Origin: Bugula neritina
Lineage: Eukaryota; Animalia; Bryozoa
DNA: 64,000 nucleotides
Assembly (NCBI GenBank): GCA_964035545.1
Contig: OZ037768.1
Coordinates: 13,835,675 to 13,899,674, forward strand
Direction of reading: 5' to 3'
Shown here one piece after another: positions 61,101 through 64,000 of the stretch; the first letter of the stretch is position 1, and each line of letters begins with the position of its first letter. Position numbers and translations under genes: made by a program. Under the pieces are notes generated by a model. The model saw nothing but the letters and a program-made list of their open reading frames with translations. It ran no database searches and was not told the origin of the DNA.

Positions 61101-63029
61101 GTTCAGAATGTAGAAGTTCCGAGTGACTGACAAGCCAAACTTTGGTCGTGACCGATTTACATGAGTGAAGCAAAAATAAAAACAAAAATGAAGAGCGAAC
61201 AGTCGTAAATTACAGGTGTGTGGATAATATGAATAAATAGTATATAATGGGGGATAACTCTACAAAACACCGCTGTATTGGTATGCCACCAATCATTAAA
61301 GCTTTCAGGCTTTAACACATTCACCAAAAGCTATTATTAGCTGGCAGGGCTAGTGCTATAATTCACTGTACAGCACAAGTCAGTGTGTTATAATCAAACA
61401 GCCAAAGAGGAGCATTTTTAACATTATCCGAGCACACAGTCATACTCTAATATTTACACTCTTTGTGAGAATAGACCATCGGTTTTGGCATTGTGATGGC
61501 AAAGAATTTTATCTATGCATCAATACTGTAAGTTTTACTAGAATTATAATAGCTAATGTCATTTTGTTTGGTTCTGTGATGTTCATGGTGTTTCTCTGAC
61601 TTTTAATTTATATTGTTACTACTTACTTATGCAATTTCTATTTTTCTTATTTTTCCAGGGTACAATTTGAGAGTAAATAAACTTGAAAACCTGTTGCCAA
61701 GTTGGCTAATAGTTAAAGTATATCATTCACCCAGACACTGACACAAAACCGATACAACCACACTAAAATGAATAATCTCACTTCTGAATAAAAACCATCT
61801 ATAGATCACTTGATGTTTCAACTAATCTGCATTTAGAACAATTTACATTGTGGATATTACAAAAACTCCAATGGTTTTACTTTTCAATGTGTCATAGATG
61901 ATTTTATATCATGTTTTGAAATTAACTATGCATCTAGGTAATGGATGTTGCATACTGAATTTGATTTTGCTTTAAACATAATGTGTTGCATTATAATTTA
62001 CTCGCTACAATGTTACAATTTTATTAGGCCAAGATTACCTTCAGTTCAATAAAGTTATCGCCATCTTAAATGCTATGCTTGCTTGTGTTCATCATCTAAC
62101 AAAATATAAGCTACTGCATCCACAGTCATAATATTAGTTATTACATATAATGAGAATCTAAATTATTAAAAAAGTACTTCGTTAATAGAAGATGAGCCCA
62201 AGATTGTACCGCACTGTAAACACATATTGATAAATATAGTTTATGGCACTTCAAGATAAAGCCATGTTAAAAAAATTTAAATATTTTCTTGGCCCTTTAA
62301 ATTGTAAAAAGACTAAACTTTTTCATACACTATAAGTGGATTTTTCAAGCTGTCATGTGCATGTACAAAGTATGACAAAGTTGCTAAGACAGTTAAAGAA
62401 TCCTCCAAAATTTAACATATATTTACGCAGTTTTAGGTTCTAGCTTGCTAACATCTAATTTTTTTTGTTTCACCAAAGTCACTGTTGCTGTAACTTTTAC
62501 TCTGGTTTATAGATAAAAGGTTGCACTGTTGGAGTTTTGCTAATGTGTAATAATTCTTCCAATTATTATTATTTAGAGTGGATTCTGTATGTGCAATGGT
62601 GCCTTATTCGATTAACAGTTCAAAGCAATTACTCAGCTGCTAGCGTAATAAAAAAATTATATTTGTTAAATATACATAAAATAGAAAAGAGAGACACATC
62701 CAGTATCTAAGTTACATTCACCGTCTAATTAAAACCTACTACATTCGTCAACATACTACTCCTAGCTAATTGCTCAGTTCTCCAGAAACATTCTGCTCCG
62801 CAGGGGATAGTCACGTGCTTCAATATTATTGGCTATTCTACACGTGCACGATGTGTAGGCTTCGCTAGCCACTACACCGCCCCTTCCAGCAGGGAGCCCA
62901 CTTCCTGTTAAAACTCAAAGTGAGGAAAGAAGCGTACTACACAAAAAAATTCGATATATATATATATATATACAAAAAAATGTACAGAGTATTCCTAATT
63001 CTAAAAATTATACAAAACACATCCCATAG

Positions 63030-63034
<5 letters not shown>

Positions 63035-63076
<42 letters not shown>
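63035..63076. repeat. (AT)n microsatellite (a second, shorter one at about 62954-62972)
   Basis: Directly visible. Confidence 0.9.
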
Positions 63077-63079
<3 letters not shown>

Positions 63080-63314
63080 ATGCAGGCAATTGTCCATATT
63101 TGCACCATATATACAACAGTTATACTCCTGTATAGCTTAATAGTCATCATGTTGTCTTTACAGAACGAGATAGGTTGTAGAGGAGGGGCGCTACTGACCT
63201 ACTGACGCTACTGACGCTACTGACGGAGAATGTCACACAGACGTCAAAGCGGAATAGAAAACGGGAGATCACACAGATCGGGAATGTTGCTTGGAACAGA
63301 GTAAAGGCACAGTC

Positions 63315-64000
63315 TTACTCCTGAGCAGCTCGTTTGAGATGAGCAATAGACTCCTTCAGAGACTGCAGCTCGCTCGCTGCAGTCGAGATTTTTGGGGCGA
63401 GCCGATGTACTTCGCGCTCTAACTCACTAGCCCGGAGCTCCACTTCACGCAAGTTACGGGCCAAAGAGAAATAACCGGGAGGAGAAGAGGAGTGCCACCG
63501 TCGCTTGTGGTCTGAAAAAGGGAGAGGGGAGGACGAGCGTTTCTGGGGTCTCGTCTCGATGCGTTGCAGTAGGACTCGGGGAAGAGACTTGGGAGGAGGT
63601 ATAGGTTCATCTGGATAGCGTTTCACACTTGGATTCCGGTATACGGGGGATTTAGTGATACGGCCAGGGGTGATGGGTCTGGAAGCGGGAAATCTCGGAG
63701 AGAGACGCTGGAGTCAAGCTGGATTGGAACTTGAGATAAGATGCCTCATCCACATCATATAAGTTCCAATGGGAACAACTCATCATCCTCTGATGACAGA
63801 GTATGTAGTCTCTGTGGTAGCTGAACTCTCCACAGGGACAAAAGGTGGTGACAAAGTGTTGCGGAAGATGTATCCGCAGCCTGCGGTGGGTTGTAAAGTG
63901 CTGCTGACAGAGTCGACATGTGGTGCTGTCTTCATCACCCCGGTGTTAAAGAATTTCTCTTTCTGTCTCCGGCGTCGTCCAGCACGTCTTGGATTCCAGT
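63315..64000 (-). pseudogene. Interrupted reading frame: C2H2 zinc finger(s), Ser/Pro/Arg-rich linker, coiled coil
   Basis: Frame 63945-63655 reads HRGDEDSTTCRLCQQHFTTHRRLRIHLPQHFVTTFCPCGEFSYHRDYILCHQRMMSC.., with an in-frame TAA at 63946-63948. An overlapping frame continues into ORF 63315-63626 (..LREVELRASELEREVHRL..LQSLKESIAHLKR). Confidence 0.55.

Larger units (their letters stand above)
62586..64000 (-). mobile_element. 3' end of a probable LTR retrotransposon: accessory coding region, PPT and 3' LTR (about 62586-62876); runs off the window
   Basis: The minus strand reads purine tract GGAAGGGGCGG immediately followed by TGTAGTGGC (62876). A candidate LTR end ..GAATAAGGCACCATTGCACATACA (62586) is an imperfect inverted repeat of that start. 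There is an abrupt rise in GC/CpG. The partner LTR and pol are not in the window. Confidence 0.55.

Noticed and set aside
62920-63135. 71-aa ORF with YIYIYI runs
   Set aside because: Translation of (AT)n microsatellites.

Overview
This is AT-rich, intron-rich animal (invertebrate-like) nuclear DNA, not prokaryotic. Five spliced genes can be rebuilt by hand: a 3-exon F-box protein gene (+, 2679-4684), importin-11 (-, about 24 exons, 4974-16921), mitochondrial glycerol-3-phosphate dehydrogenase GPD2 (-, 15 coding exons, 20193-29922), TEX10/Ipi1 (+, 36160-44243) and a Polycomb Scm/SCMH1-like MBT-SLED-SAM gene (-, 44738-52702). Between and inside them lie an internally deleted BEL/Pao LTR retrotransposon with a loop-less 260-bp palindrome in one LTR, a TIR MITE, two tRNA-derived SINE copies, an RTE-like LINE 3' end, minisatellites and a ~490-bp tandem duplication. 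At the right edge is the 3' end of a second probable LTR element carrying a degenerate C2H2 zinc-finger reading frame that the ORF track misses. The patterns most worth following up are: (1) that zinc-finger/coiled-coil cargo next to a PPT and LTR; (2) strand-flipping, locally palindromic (TAN)n tracts just inside the probable 5' end of four genes; (3) a 29-bp repeat that multiplies the Scm splice donor five times. No clearly new multi-gene system is demonstrable from sequence alone. Exon coordinates were read by eye and may be off by a few bases.
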